The notes below the pieces were generated by a model, which worked only from the letters and a program-made list of their open reading frames with translations, made no database searches and was not told the origin of the DNA. The position numbers were made by a program, and so were the translations under genes. A DNA stretch of 64,000 nt, taken from an uncultured Verrucomicrobiae bacterium. Its GTDB lineage: Bacteria > Verrucomicrobiota > Verrucomicrobiia > Chthoniobacterales > UBA10450. The stretch is taken from the NCBI GenBank assembly GCA_963815455.1, contig CAWFGO010000003.1:733782-797781 (forward strand), given 5' to 3'. Of this stretch, positions 1 to 9,937 are shown piece by piece (position 1 is the first letter of the stretch; every line of letters begins with the position of its first letter).

Positions 1-1290
1 GCAGGGCTCGTCTGGCGCGCAAGGTGGCAGCCGAGTGTACTGAAATGTTCGGGTCAGACTTACCCGCGTTGTCTCCTCCCGAGAGTCCCAGTTCCCGGCA
101 ACGCTGGAGATGATGGTATTTCCGTCAAAGGTTTCCTCCCGTTTTATCACTCCATGTGGAACACTCGAGACCACTCCATTATGTGGATTCCTGATCGTTC
201 CGCTCTGATACCCGTACTGGATTCGTCGCATGGCCCCGCCTTGATGCCGCATGTCGTCGGCAGTCTTAAGAAGTGGCCATTCTCTTGGATTTGCTTGGCC
301 GTTGACCCACTCCGCGATGTTGTCTTCCCGATAAGTGTAGATAGCCGACGTGCCATCGCTGTAATGCACTTCGCTTAGCATCATCTTTTCGCGGCATCCG
401 AAAATGCATCCCCCGCCTGGATAGATCGGGCAATACTGATAGGTAACATTGTCGATTCGGTTCCCGCGGCCATCAAAAGCCTCCACTTTGATGAGCAAGC
501 GTGGATTCCAATAATCAGTGCTCCATGGGTTATCGACGTACGTAAATAGCAGAAACCGGCCCCCGGGTTCAGTGACTTTCCAAACTTTGCCATAGTTATC
601 ATAGTCGATTGTTGTGGTTTTTCCGAAAGGATCGGCAATAGCAACTGCACGATGACTGGCCGAATCAAAAATGACTGTCCCACCGTCGGCCATGCGAAAA
701 TGAGTAGCGTCCTCCCACTTTTCTGAAGTCCCTCGATCCCAGCCGCACGTGCCGAGCTCGGCACCGCTGGGCATGAAAACAATACCTGAAAAGTCTGGCC
801 GAGGCGCTTCGCCAAGCCACATGTACTCATGAGTCCAACCTGGACAGATGCGAGGCGACCCGTCCTCGGGCGTGGTTCGGCTGTTCCAGTAGCGAGTCAT
901 TTTAAGAGGATATGCGCCGATGCAGCCCGGCACGACAATGTCGTCGATCACGCGCTTGGCATTCCTGGAAAGAGGGTCGTAATTCCCCCCAGTGGTGATC
1001 TGCCCGTTGAAAATTCCGGCCACACCGGTGGGACTGTTCTGGCCAAAAGCAAGTTGGGGCGACCCTCCATCAGCAGGCGCTTCTTCCATGGGACCCTCCG
1101 GCTCCTCGGGTGCTTCTGTGCAGTTAGTCGCTACGACCTCTTCTTGCGCAAACATCCGCGGCGCAGGCATTGCAACCACGAGCGACCCAACCAGTGCGCT
1201 CAGCCAGAGCACTCGGGCAAGATTTTTCGTGCTGAAGTTAACACTCGCCGCGGCGAGCCCGATGCGGAGGCTTCGCGATATTGGAATCAC
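1..1290 (-). CDS. RHS/YD-repeat protein, N-terminal part (continues past the left edge; start codon uncertain)
   Basis: Not in the ORF track. Manual translation of the minus strand from GTG 1290 is open to base 1: signal-like hydrophobic stretch, then 'SPTGVAGIFNGQITTGGNYDPLSRNAKRVIDDIVVPGCIGAYPLKMTRYWNSR', then YD-like units 'DPFGKTTTIDYDNYGKVWKVTEPGGRFLLFTY' and 'VHYSDGTSAIYTY'. Confidence 0.8.
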   Translation of the reverse strand, partial: MIPISRSLRIGLAAASVNFSTKNLARVLWLSALVGSLVVAMPAPRMFAQEEVVATNCTEAPEEPEGPMEEAPADGGSPQLAFGQNSPTGVAGIFNGQITTGGNYDPLSRNAKRVIDDIVVPGCIGAYPLKMTRYWNSRTTPEDGSPRICPGWTHEYMWLGEAPRPDFSGIVFMPSGAELGTCGWDRGTSEKWEDATHFRMADGGTVIFDSASHRAVAIADPFGKTTTIDYDNYGKVWKVTEPGGRFLLFTYVDNPWSTDYWNPRLLIKVEAFDGRGNRIDNVTYQYCPIYPGGGCIFGCREKMMLSEVHYSDGTSAIYTYREDNIAEWVNGQANPREWPLLKTADDMRHQGGAMRRIQYGYQSGTIRNPHNGVVSSVPHGVIKREETFDGNTIISSVAGNWDSREETTRVSLTRTFQYTRLPPCAPDEPC

Positions 1291-1577
1291 GGAAGTGCAT
1301 CTTAAGGCAACGGATAACAGATATGGCAAGCATTTTCTTGAAACTCCCCTCGGATATTTCTTTAATTCCTGTTGTTTCTCATAACATCTGGAATTTCAAT
1401 TTCCACAAACATGTCCTGCCTACGGCGGCTTTGCATCGCAACAAGCGCCCCCGGTTAGCGGCACCTATCGGCCACGATTTGATTTTGGAGCAAATTCGGC
1501 ACGTTCCCCCGGGCAAAGATAGGCTTTGCCACTTGGAGAATTCTTCATAGAGTCGTGCGCTTCATCCCCACGCGTTT

Positions 1578-3652
1578 ATGACTTTTATTGCTTTGAGTAT
1601 TCTTGATTCCGGTGTGCCGCTATCGATGGTCTGCGCGGTTGTCGGACTCGCCTTTGCCTTTTTTTGATTGCGAGAGTAAGCCGCTTATCAGCCGGCAATG
1701 AGCGGATGCGCCAGATTTCAGGCAGCGGTTCAAGAGGGAGCTAAAGCCTACCTAAACCGCCAGGTGGTTACCATCAGCGTGATCGCGGTCGATTATTTTT
1801 CTCCTGCTCTTTTTCTTCAAAGACCATCCGACCGCGATCGGATTCGTGGTCGGCGCGTTCTGTTCGCTTTCGGCCGGCTTCATCGGGATGCGGATCGCGG
1901 TGATCACGAACGTTCGCACGACGCAGGCGGCCATGAGCAGCCTGACAGCGGCCTTGCGGGTAGCGTTTAATGGCGGCGCGGTGACCGGCTTGCTCGTGGT
2001 CGGCCTCGCCCTGCTGGCGGTGTCGATCTTTTACACTTTCGCCAGCGAAAATGGTGGGGCACGACATGGCGGTTCGCAGCCTGATTGGTCTGGCCCTGGG
2101 GGCGAGCCTGATCAGCGTATTCGCCCGGCTCGGGGGCGGCATTTACACGAAAGCAGCGGACGTGGGCGCCGATCTGGTGGGTAAGATCGAGAGCGGTTTG
2201 GAAGAAGACGACCCGCGGAATCCAGCCACGATCGCCGACAACGTGGGTGATAACGTGGGCGATTGCGCCGGTATGGCCGCGGACGTTTTTGAGACTTACG
2301 CCGTGAGCTTGATCGGGGCGATTTTGGTCGGGGCCCTCACCTTGGCGAACGAGCCCGCTGCGATCGTCTATCCATTCGTGCTTGGCGGTATCTCAGTTCT
2401 GGGCGCAATCCTCGGGGTATTGTTTGTCAACGTTGCGCCTGGCAAACCGGCGACTGTGCTTATGGGCGCGGTGGCGGTTAGCGCCCTTGTCTCAGCGGTT
2501 CTGTTCTGGCCGGCAACGCATCTGCTATTTCCGAGCGGGCTCACCATCAGCGGAATTGTGCGCTCCCCCACCCAACTTTATCTGGCTTCGGTCGTCGGGC
2601 TGGTCATGACCGCAGTAGTCGTTGTGATCACCAATTATTACACGTCGATGCATTATGGGCCGGTGCAAAAAATCGCCCGCGCCTCCGAGACCGGGCATGC
2701 CACGAACATCATCGCCGGGCTCGCCGTCGGGCAACACGCCACTGCGTTACCGGTCGGTTTCATCGGCATTGCCATTCTGCTCAGCTATCATTTTGCCGGT
2801 CTCTACGGAATCGCCATTGCAGTGATGGCGATGCTGTCCCTGGCGGGCATCATCATCTCGCTCGATTCATTCGGCCCGATCACCGACAACGCGGGCGGCA
2901 TCGCGGTGATGAGTAATTTGCCCAAGGAAGTTCGGAACGTCACCGATCAACTCGACGCCGTCGGCAACACGATGAAAGCGGTAACCAAAGGCTACGCCAT
3001 CGCCTCAGCCGGATTGGCGGCCCTCGTTTTGTTTGGATCGTACGTGGAGGAATTGCGCGATCACCTCAAGTTGCCGGCCGAACAGTTCTTCCAATTTTCG
3101 CTGCAAGATCCGAAAGTGATCATCGGCCTTTTTCTCGGTGGATTGCTGCCGTTCGTGTTCACCGCGTTTAGCATGGATGCCGTAGGCAAGGCCGCCGGGG
3201 CGGTCGTCCGCGAGGTCCGAAGGCAATTGGAGGCGAAGCCGGGAATTTTGACTGGCCAAGATACGCCCGATTACGGCACCTGCGTGGACATTGTGACAAA
3301 GGCAGCGCTGCGCGAAATGATCGTCCCCGCGCTGCTGCCTCTTGCTTTTGTTGTTGCCGTGGCGGTAATCAAACCGCTAGGGCCAGTCGTCCTCGGCGGC
3401 CTGCTGGTGGGTACGATCGTGACCGGATTATTCGTTGCTATTTCCATGACATCCGGCGGAGGGGCGTGGGACAACGCGAAGAAATTTATCGAGGAAGGAA
3501 ACCTTGGGGGCAAGGGTTCGTTTGCTCACGCTGCGGCTGTGACGGGCGACACCGTGGGCGATCCCTACAAGGACACCGCCGGCCCGGCGATTAATCCGAT
3601 GATCAAGGTCGTGAACATTGTCGCGATTTTGATTATCCCGATTTTCTTTTAA
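1578..3652 (+). CDS. hppA: Membrane-bound ion-translocating pyrophosphatase, K+-independent type; about four single-base frameshifts in 1660-2050
   Basis: Motifs [29 protein letters not shown] and [10 protein letters not shown]. Lys in GNTMKA marks the K+-independent class. The N-terminal part is split across ORFs 1698-1970, 1846-2184 and 2051-3652. Confidence 0.93.
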
Positions 3653-3752
3653 CGGAGCATTTAGCTCTGGCCGGCAGAGAGGACGGCCTGCAGGGCCGAA
3701 ACTACAGAAAATTTAGCGCGCAAACGTCTGACCGATCTGGTACAAGATCGAC

Positions 3753-4145
3753 ATGCGAGACGCGCACGATTTCCAGATTGTGGCCAACGAGCAACAGGGG
3801 GCAAGGCGCGAGGCTCTGGCGAAGCCGAATGTTGGGGCGACACCTTTCAAGGTCGTGATCGATCCGAAAGTGCGCCTGGAGCTGAGACGCGCGTTGATTG
3901 ACCTGATTGATTTCCATGACGAAGCCCTGGCGGAACATTTCGCCGAAGGCAAACTGGCGCTCGATTCCTACAAGGAATACATCGAGCTGTTCGCCCGGAG
4001 CCTGAAAGAGACAATGGATAGCCGCGAAGGCGTTGAGTATTTGCTGCGCTCGGTTGGTTTCGATGTGCCCGCCGAAGAGATCAATCTGAATCCGGAATTA
4101 CGCTGGAAAAAGGGACCGGCGCCATTCGGCCCAAGCCTGCTGTGA
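3753..4145 (+). CDS. Hypothetical protein
   Basis: 130-aa ORF with plausible helical protein composition, co-oriented between hppA and the MBL gene. Confidence 0.6.
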   Translation: MRDAHDFQIVANEQQGARREALAKPNVGATPFKVVIDPKVRLELRRALIDLIDFHDEALAEHFAEGKLALDSYKEYIELFARSLKETMDSREGVEYLLRSVGFDVPAEEINLNPELRWKKGPAPFGPSLL

Positions 4146-4244
4146 CGGTATGAAAGCACCGCTTCATTACTCAATCGGCCAGGCGCCTGCTTTCAAAAAC
4201 ATTTGGTTTCGCGATAGTTGCGTGCCAAACTCGCCTCGAAATTG

Positions 4245-5174
4245 ATGTCAGCTTCTCCACATTCTACTGTGCGCCTGAAGTTTTGGGGCGTTCGCGGCTC
4301 CATCCCGGTTCCGGGCCGGTCCACACTTCGTTATGGGGGAAACACGACCTGTGCCGAGCTCCGGGCGGACGGCGAGGTCATTGTGCTCGACGCCGGCAGC
4401 GGTATTCGTGAGCTCGGTTGCGCGCTGGAAAAGGAATTTGGATCCGAGCCCATCAAGCTCCATCTGTTGCTCACCCATCTCCATTGGGACCACATCCAGG
4501 GATTTCCGTTCTTTCTCCCCGCTTACAATGACAAGAACGAGATCCAGATCATGGGGTACGACAGCGCGAACGCAGGCCTGCACGAGATTTTAAAAGGACA
4601 AATGGCCGCGCCATTTTTCCCGGTCGCACTGTATGACCTGCCGGGGAAGATCGACATCACGAAGCTGGAAAAGATGGAGTTCAAGATCGGCAAGGTGCGG
4701 GTGCATTCAAAATTCATGAATCACCCGGGAGTCTGCGTGGGCTATCGGTTTGACACGAGCGCGGGCTCAATCGCCTTTCTGCCGGACAGCGAACCGTACG
4801 ACGCCTTCAAGCTGCATTCGTCGAGGTCCGATTTGTTGAGCCCCGAGCAGATTCAAAAACGGGCCACGACGGAGCGGGCCGCGCTGGTGGAATTTCTGAA
4901 GGGATGCGACATCCTGGTTCTCGATGCGCAGTACACCGACGACGAATATCACTCGCACATCGGCTGGGGCCACGGTTCGCTGAGCGGCTGCATCGCCTTT
5001 GCAAACGATGCGCAAGTTAAGAAACTGGTGCTCTTCCACCACGATCCCAATCACGACGATGCGATGCTCGATCAAATGTTAAAACAGGCTCAAGAACTCG
5101 CGGCAAAGACGGGGAAGGGGTTGGAGGTTGTGAGCGCACGTGAAGGCGACGAGTTGGTGCTCGGCAAGGCATAG
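4245..5174 (+). CDS. MBL-fold metallo-hydrolase
   Basis: FWGVRGS, YGGNTTC, THLHWDHIQG (HxHxDH), WGHGS and LFHHDP motifs. Confidence 0.9.
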   Translation: MSASPHSTVRLKFWGVRGSIPVPGRSTLRYGGNTTCAELRADGEVIVLDAGSGIRELGCALEKEFGSEPIKLHLLLTHLHWDHIQGFPFFLPAYNDKNEIQIMGYDSANAGLHEILKGQMAAPFFPVALYDLPGKIDITKLEKMEFKIGKVRVHSKFMNHPGVCVGYRFDTSAGSIAFLPDSEPYDAFKLHSSRSDLLSPEQIQKRATTERAALVEFLKGCDILVLDAQYTDDEYHSHIGWGHGSLSGCIAFANDAQVKKLVLFHHDPNHDDAMLDQMLKQAQELAAKTGKGLEVVSAREGDELVLGKA

Positions 5175-5262
5175 CGCAGTGAGACACGATCGAGCGGCTT
5201 GGGGTCCGCATTATCGAACGAGTTGCGAAAGCGCCAAACTTCGCCCATTAATCTGGTTCCCT

Positions 5263-5336
5263 TGCCTCGTGGTGTAATGGTAGCACAAAAGATTCTGGAT
5301 CTTTTTGTCTAGGTTCGAATCCTAGCGAGGCAGCCA
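5263..5336 (+). tRNA. tRNA-Gln (anticodon CTG)
   Basis: Acceptor stem TGCCTCG/CGAGGCA, D-arm GGTGTAATGGTAGCAC, anticodon arm AAAGA-TTCTGGA-TCTTT, T-loop GGTTCGAATCC, encoded CCA end. Confidence 0.96.
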
Positions 5337-5414
5337 CGTAAAAGGTCGGACGACCTCACGTGGCAAGACTGAATTCCTTGCATCAAGACCGCGTGAGGCG
5401 AAGCCTTTTTACGC

Positions 5415-5438
5415 GGTTCGAATCCTAGCGAGGCAGCC
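5415..5438 (+). repeat. 24-bp direct duplication of the tRNA-Gln 3' end (att-like)
   Basis: GGTTCGAATCCTAGCGAGGCAGCC is identical to 5312-5335. Confidence 0.9.
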
Positions 5439-5454
5439 GACTGTATTTTCGATT

Positions 5455-5940
5455 TCAGATTGTCGATTTTCGATCTCGCTGCAGACGAAAGAAGTCCTGC
5501 AAAATGGCGGCGCATTCGTTTTGCAGCACACCGAGCGTGATGTCGCAACGATGATTCAGGGCAGGCTGCTGGAGCAAATTCACGATTCCACCGGCGCCTC
5601 CACTTCGGGGATCGGTGCATCCAAAAACGACCCGGCGCATCCGGACGTGCACGAGCGCGCCCGCGCACATCACACAGGGTTCCTTGGTCACGTAAAGATC
5701 GCAATCGATCAAACGCCAGTCTCCGACTGCAGCTTCGGCCTGCGTTATCGCCAGCATTTCCGCGTGGGCGGTCGCGTCCTTCAAGAGTTCAACTTGATTA
5801 TAAGCGCGGCCAATAATCTTGCCGGCTCGGACAACAACCGCTCCGACAGGCACCTCCTCCGCTTCCCGAGCCTTCACCGCGAGCCGCAGCGCTTCGCGCA
5901 TGAAGAATTCGTCATTGTGCACGTCCATGCTAATGCTCAT
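5455..5940 (-). CDS. tadA: tRNA-specific adenosine deaminase
   Basis: EVPVGAV, HAE and EPCVMCAGA zinc-deaminase motifs. Confidence 0.93.
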   Translation of the reverse strand: MSISMDVHNDEFFMREALRLAVKAREAEEVPVGAVVVRAGKIIGRAYNQVELLKDATAHAEMLAITQAEAAVGDWRLIDCDLYVTKEPCVMCAGALVHVRMRRVVFGCTDPRSGGAGGIVNLLQQPALNHRCDITLGVLQNECAAILQDFFRLQRDRKSTI

Positions 5941-5984
5941 TATCCATGCAACCGGTTTCGGCGACGCAGTATGAACTTAATTTT

Positions 5985-6626
5985 ATGAACAGGTTAGTCC
6001 TTATTCCCGCCATTTTATCGCTCCAATTGACAGCTGTTAGCGCGACCGAGCAAGAGACAGTGGACCGCTGCGCGGTAATCATCGGCGAATTCCGGCACAT
6101 GCCGGAAAAGGGCATTCCGGGAGACATTCTGCGCAACGCCAAGGGGATTGCAATTATCAGCGTGGTAAAGGCAGGATTCATTTTCAGCGGAAAAATCGGG
6201 CGCGGGGTAGTCCTTGCCCGAACCGAGGAAGGTTGGACAGGTCCATCGTTCATCGCAACCGGAGGCGCCGGCTGGGGCTTCCAAATTGGCGCGCAGGTGA
6301 CAGACTACGTTTTCGTTCTTAATGACACGGCTGCAGTGCGCGCCTTTTCGCGTGGAGGAAACATCACGCTCGGAGGAGATCTCAGCATTGCGGCGGGACC
6401 GATGGGTAGAACGGCCGAAGCCAGTGTGACTCGAGCAGCGGCGATTTATTCCTACAGCCTTAGCAAAGGACTCTTCGCCGGAATTTCCCTGGAAGGTGCC
6501 ATCATCGCAACGCAAAGCGGCGCCAATGCCCGCTACTACGGCGAGCCAATAAAAGCCCGCCAAATTCTGTTTGGCGACGTGCCGGCGCCCCCCGGGGCCA
6601 GGGCTCTGCACAACGCGCTCCGATAA
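5985..6626 (+). CDS. Secreted SYLF/Ysc84 lipid-binding domain protein
   Basis: Signal peptide, then KAGFIFSG..GRG, GWGFQIGAQ and YSYS.SKGLFAGISLEG. Confidence 0.88.
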   Translation: MNRLVLIPAILSLQLTAVSATEQETVDRCAVIIGEFRHMPEKGIPGDILRNAKGIAIISVVKAGFIFSGKIGRGVVLARTEEGWTGPSFIATGGAGWGFQIGAQVTDYVFVLNDTAAVRAFSRGGNITLGGDLSIAAGPMGRTAEASVTRAAAIYSYSLSKGLFAGISLEGAIIATQSGANARYYGEPIKARQILFGDVPAPPGARALHNALR

Positions 6627-6676
6627 GATCGACAATTTCCTTTACAACCGGGCGCCAGTTTCGTCAGCCTGAGGAG

Positions 6677-7186
6677 GTGCGGCTTTTCGCAGCGTTTTCC
6701 GCCCTTCTTTTTTCCCTGTCGCTGGCTTATGGCCAGGACCAGGAGGGAAAGCTGATGGATCGTCTCCTCCGGCCAAACACGGAGCTAAAGAACAGCGCTC
6801 AGAACAAGAAATTTATCGCCGATCGCAGGTCGATCCATAAACAGGCGACTGTCCGTTCATATTACGTCCGGAAAACATCGAACTCGAAAGGATTTACCGG
6901 GACGCGCGATTTTTCATCCTGGGAATTCAATGCGCGCTCATTTCGCGGAGGCAAGCGCAAAGCGAATTCCGCTTCGCGCAACCAGATCGTAAACTCGCAG
7001 AAAAAGTACTCGCCGGAAAAAACGGTGGATGTGCGCTCGGCTTACGATGCAAAACGAACGGCGACCAACCGCACGTTTGCCGGAGAGCGCCCGTTTCTGG
7101 GCAAAGGAAAGAGCCAGAAGGCGCTCAGCCAGCACGACACGCCGTTGACGGTCGACCAAGTGCGCGACTTGCTGAACAAAAATTAG
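6677..7186 (+). CDS. Secreted basic hypothetical protein
   Basis: GAGGAG RBS before the GTG start, and a signal peptide. Confidence 0.7.
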   Translation: MRLFAAFSALLFSLSLAYGQDQEGKLMDRLLRPNTELKNSAQNKKFIADRRSIHKQATVRSYYVRKTSNSKGFTGTRDFSSWEFNARSFRGGKRKANSASRNQIVNSQKKYSPEKTVDVRSAYDAKRTATNRTFAGERPFLGKGKSQKALSQHDTPLTVDQVRDLLNKN

Positions 7187-7224
7187 TAGCGCGCCACCGT
7201 TCGGTGCACTATTCGGTGGGAATC

Positions 7225-8391
7225 ATGCAACCGGATGAAGCTCTCGCCGTCCTTAAGCAGGGCGCCGCGCAAATCATCAGCGAACCCGAGCTGCGCGAAA
7301 AACTTGCGCTAGGTCGCCCGCTGCGGGTCAAGCTCGGGGTCGACCCGACCAGCGCGGACATTCACCTCGGGCACTCGATCGTTCTGCGCAAGCTTCGCCA
7401 GTTTCAAGAACTCGGTCACCAGGCGGTTTTGATCGTGGGCGATTTCACCGGGATGATCGGCGATCCGAGCGGACGCTCCGCCACGCGCCCGCACCTGACA
7501 CGCAACGAAGTCATGGCAAATGCCGAGACGTATCGGGAACAGGCGCTCAAGATTCTCGATCCAGCGCGGACGGAAACGGTGTTCAACGGCGATTGGTTCC
7601 GAAAGATGAACTACGAAGATGTGATTCGGTTGAACAGCCGGGTGACGCTGCAACAGATGATGCAACGAGAAGATTTTCGAACAAGAATCGACCAGCAGCA
7701 GGCGATTCACGCTCACGAAATTCAATATCCCATCATGCAAGGTTGGGATTCGGTGATGGTGAAAGCGGACGTCGAACTTGGGGGCACCGATCAGCTTTTT
7801 AATATTCTGGTCGGCCGTGATTTTCAAAGAGAAGAAGGCATGGCGCAACAGGTCGTTTTCCTGTTGCCGATCCTCGAGGGGCTGGATGGGTCCAAAAAAA
7901 TGAGCAAGAGCCTTGGTAATTTCGTCGGCGTTAGCGAGGCAGCGCCAACAATGTTTGGCAAGCTCATGAGCATCTCAGACGAGCTAATGGCGCGTTATTA
8001 TCCGCTGCTGTTGGGACGGCAGTTGCAGAAAGAGATGCATCCGCTGGAGGCAAAAAAACAGCTCGCCCTCGAGATTGTGCAGACCTATCACTCCGCCGCG
8101 GTGGCCAAGCAGACTCTCGATGATTGGAACACGCGTTTCGGGCAAAGACGGTTGGAAGATGCCGAACTTCCACTTTTCGGTGCGGATACCGAGACTGCGG
8201 TGACACTCGTAGTTACCGCTTTTGCGGAAGCGTTTGGTATCACCAAATCGCGGGGGGAGGCAAACCGGTTAATCAAGCAAGGCAGTGTGCAGGTGGATGG
8301 GGAAAAAATTGTCGATCCTGCGGCGAAGCTTTCGCTCCAGCCCGGGCAAGTCCTCCGCCTGGATAAAACGCACGCAGTCCGGATCAAATAG
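7225..8391 (+). CDS. tyrS: Tyrosine--tRNA ligase
   Basis: HLGH and KMSKS motifs, GGTDQ, C-terminal S4-like domain. Confidence 0.97.
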   Translation: MQPDEALAVLKQGAAQIISEPELREKLALGRPLRVKLGVDPTSADIHLGHSIVLRKLRQFQELGHQAVLIVGDFTGMIGDPSGRSATRPHLTRNEVMANAETYREQALKILDPARTETVFNGDWFRKMNYEDVIRLNSRVTLQQMMQREDFRTRIDQQQAIHAHEIQYPIMQGWDSVMVKADVELGGTDQLFNILVGRDFQREEGMAQQVVFLLPILEGLDGSKKMSKSLGNFVGVSEAAPTMFGKLMSISDELMARYYPLLLGRQLQKEMHPLEAKKQLALEIVQTYHSAAVAKQTLDDWNTRFGQRRLEDAELPLFGADTETAVTLVVTAFAEAFGITKSRGEANRLIKQGSVQVDGEKIVDPAAKLSLQPGQVLRLDKTHAVRIK

Positions 8392-8403
8392 TTCGCGTAC
8401 AAA

Positions 8404-8432
8404 CAAAGAGCACGCCGGAAGCGTGCTCTTTG
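8404..8432. terminator. Probable bidirectional intrinsic terminator
   Basis: CAAAGAGCACGC-CGGAA-GCGTGCTCTTTG hairpin between convergent genes. Confidence 0.7.
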
Positions 8433-8450
8433 GCAAATGAGTGTGTGTTC

Positions 8451-8930
8451 TTACGCAGCGGCCGCTGTTTCAAACATCGACAGAATCGGCACGTGCTCGC
8501 GGTATGGCGTCGCGGCACGCTCGAAGTGCGCCCGGATCCCGCGCAGTTCCGCAGTGACAAATGCGTCCACAAAATGCAGCCGCCGGTCGAGCCAGGCGAA
8601 AAACTTATTCTTGATCTCGTAATGGAGCGCCAATGTGACTTCGGTGCAGTCCGACAGGATTTCACTGAAATCGATCAGCCCCATCAACTCGATATTGCCG
8701 CCCACGGATTCGAAGGCGAACTGATTGGGCGAATCACAATCCACCGCCAGGAGGACGGTGTGGGCCTTGAAACCGAACGGACCCCGGAAACTGAAATCCA
8801 CAGTCTTTGACGAGGTCACGGTGGCCTTGGTCACCATAAAAAACTGCCGCCGGTAGGATTGAATGCTGGAGATGCTCTCCTGGCAGTCTTCCAGCGATTG
8901 GTTCATGTGTAGGATCTTTTGTAACAGCAT
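8451..8930 (-). CDS. Hypothetical protein, possibly SRPBCC/START-like
   Basis: ORF with a beta-rich middle and a C-terminal helix (FVDAFVTAELRGIRAHFE). The fold call is a weak resemblance only. Confidence 0.6.
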   Translation of the reverse strand: MLLQKILHMNQSLEDCQESISSIQSYRRQFFMVTKATVTSSKTVDFSFRGPFGFKAHTVLLAVDCDSPNQFAFESVGGNIELMGLIDFSEILSDCTEVTLALHYEIKNKFFAWLDRRLHFVDAFVTAELRGIRAHFERAATPYREHVPILSMFETAAAA

Positions 8931-9081
8931 AAGCGTAGGGTTTTGACTCGAATACCCAAGCAACGGAGGTGCCAGGCCAAATTTCCCTGGGGAGCGGTCA
9001 AAAACCGGCCCAGTTTTGTGTAAATTTTCTTTACACTGCTGTAAACTCGTGGACACCTTGGACCCCTTCCAAGGCGATGTC

Positions 9082-9816
9082 TTAGGCGACCTGTTTTACC
9101 GAAGCATCCGATGGTTTTGCGCGATTCGCCGCTATCGCTTGCATCATCGATCGGAAAATTTTGGCGCCGTCAGTGCTGCCGAGCCGCGCGTCGGACGCGC
9201 GATCCGGATGCGGCATCAAACCAAAGACGTTGCCCTCGCGATTACAAATACCGGCGATGTTCTCAATCGATCCGTTGGGATTTGCCTCGGCGACGACTTG
9301 GCCATTGCTATCAGCATATCGCAGGATCACCTGCCGGTTTCTATTGAGATCCTCAAGTGTCTTGGCATCGGCAAAAAAGTAGCCTTCGCCGTGCGCTACG
9401 GGGAGTCGCAAAAGCGATCCTTTGGGAGAGCCGTGTGTAAAGGGTGAATCGTCGACTTCCACGCGCGTGGTGACCATATCGCAGACGAATCGCAACGAGC
9501 GATTGCGCACCAGCGCTCCCGGCAACAGACCAGCCTCGCAAAGAACCTGAAAACCGTTGCAAGTAGCAAGCATGAGTTTGCCGTCCCGGGCATCGCTGAT
9601 CACTGCCTGCATGATCGGCGAAAAACGGGCAATCGCGCCGCAGCGCAGATAATCGCCATAGGCAAATCCGCCGGGCAACACGATCGCGTCAAACTCCTGC
9701 AGCGAGGTCTCCTTGTGCCATACGTATTCGGCCTGCAGTCCTTCGATACCGTCAATCGCGGCGACGCAATCCTGATCGCAGTTTGAGCCGGGAAACTGGA
9801 TGACAGCGAACTTCAT
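9082..9816 (-). CDS. purQ: Phosphoribosylformylglycinamidine synthase subunit PurQ
   Basis: [23 protein letters not shown] and MPHP motifs. Confidence 0.96.
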   Translation of the reverse strand: MKFAVIQFPGSNCDQDCVAAIDGIEGLQAEYVWHKETSLQEFDAIVLPGGFAYGDYLRCGAIARFSPIMQAVISDARDGKLMLATCNGFQVLCEAGLLPGALVRNRSLRFVCDMVTTRVEVDDSPFTHGSPKGSLLRLPVAHGEGYFFADAKTLEDLNRNRQVILRYADSNGQVVAEANPNGSIENIAGICNREGNVFGLMPHPDRASDARLGSTDGAKIFRSMMQAIAANRAKPSDASVKQVA

Positions 9817-9937
9817 CCTTTATCTCTAGCCTGGCTCAGAACAGAACGCCAGGGAGGCGCGTTGTTTGCGTTACTCCGGGCATCCATGCAACCCCGCGGC
9901 CGTCTGCGCCAGTGCGCAGACGGCCGAAGAGGAAGCA

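Noticed and set aside
147..1550. Short listed ORFs (147-356, 154-378, 381-830, 829-1305, 992-1384, 1281-1550)
   Set aside because: They are alternate-frame or antisense shadows of the RHS gene, with no motifs of their own.
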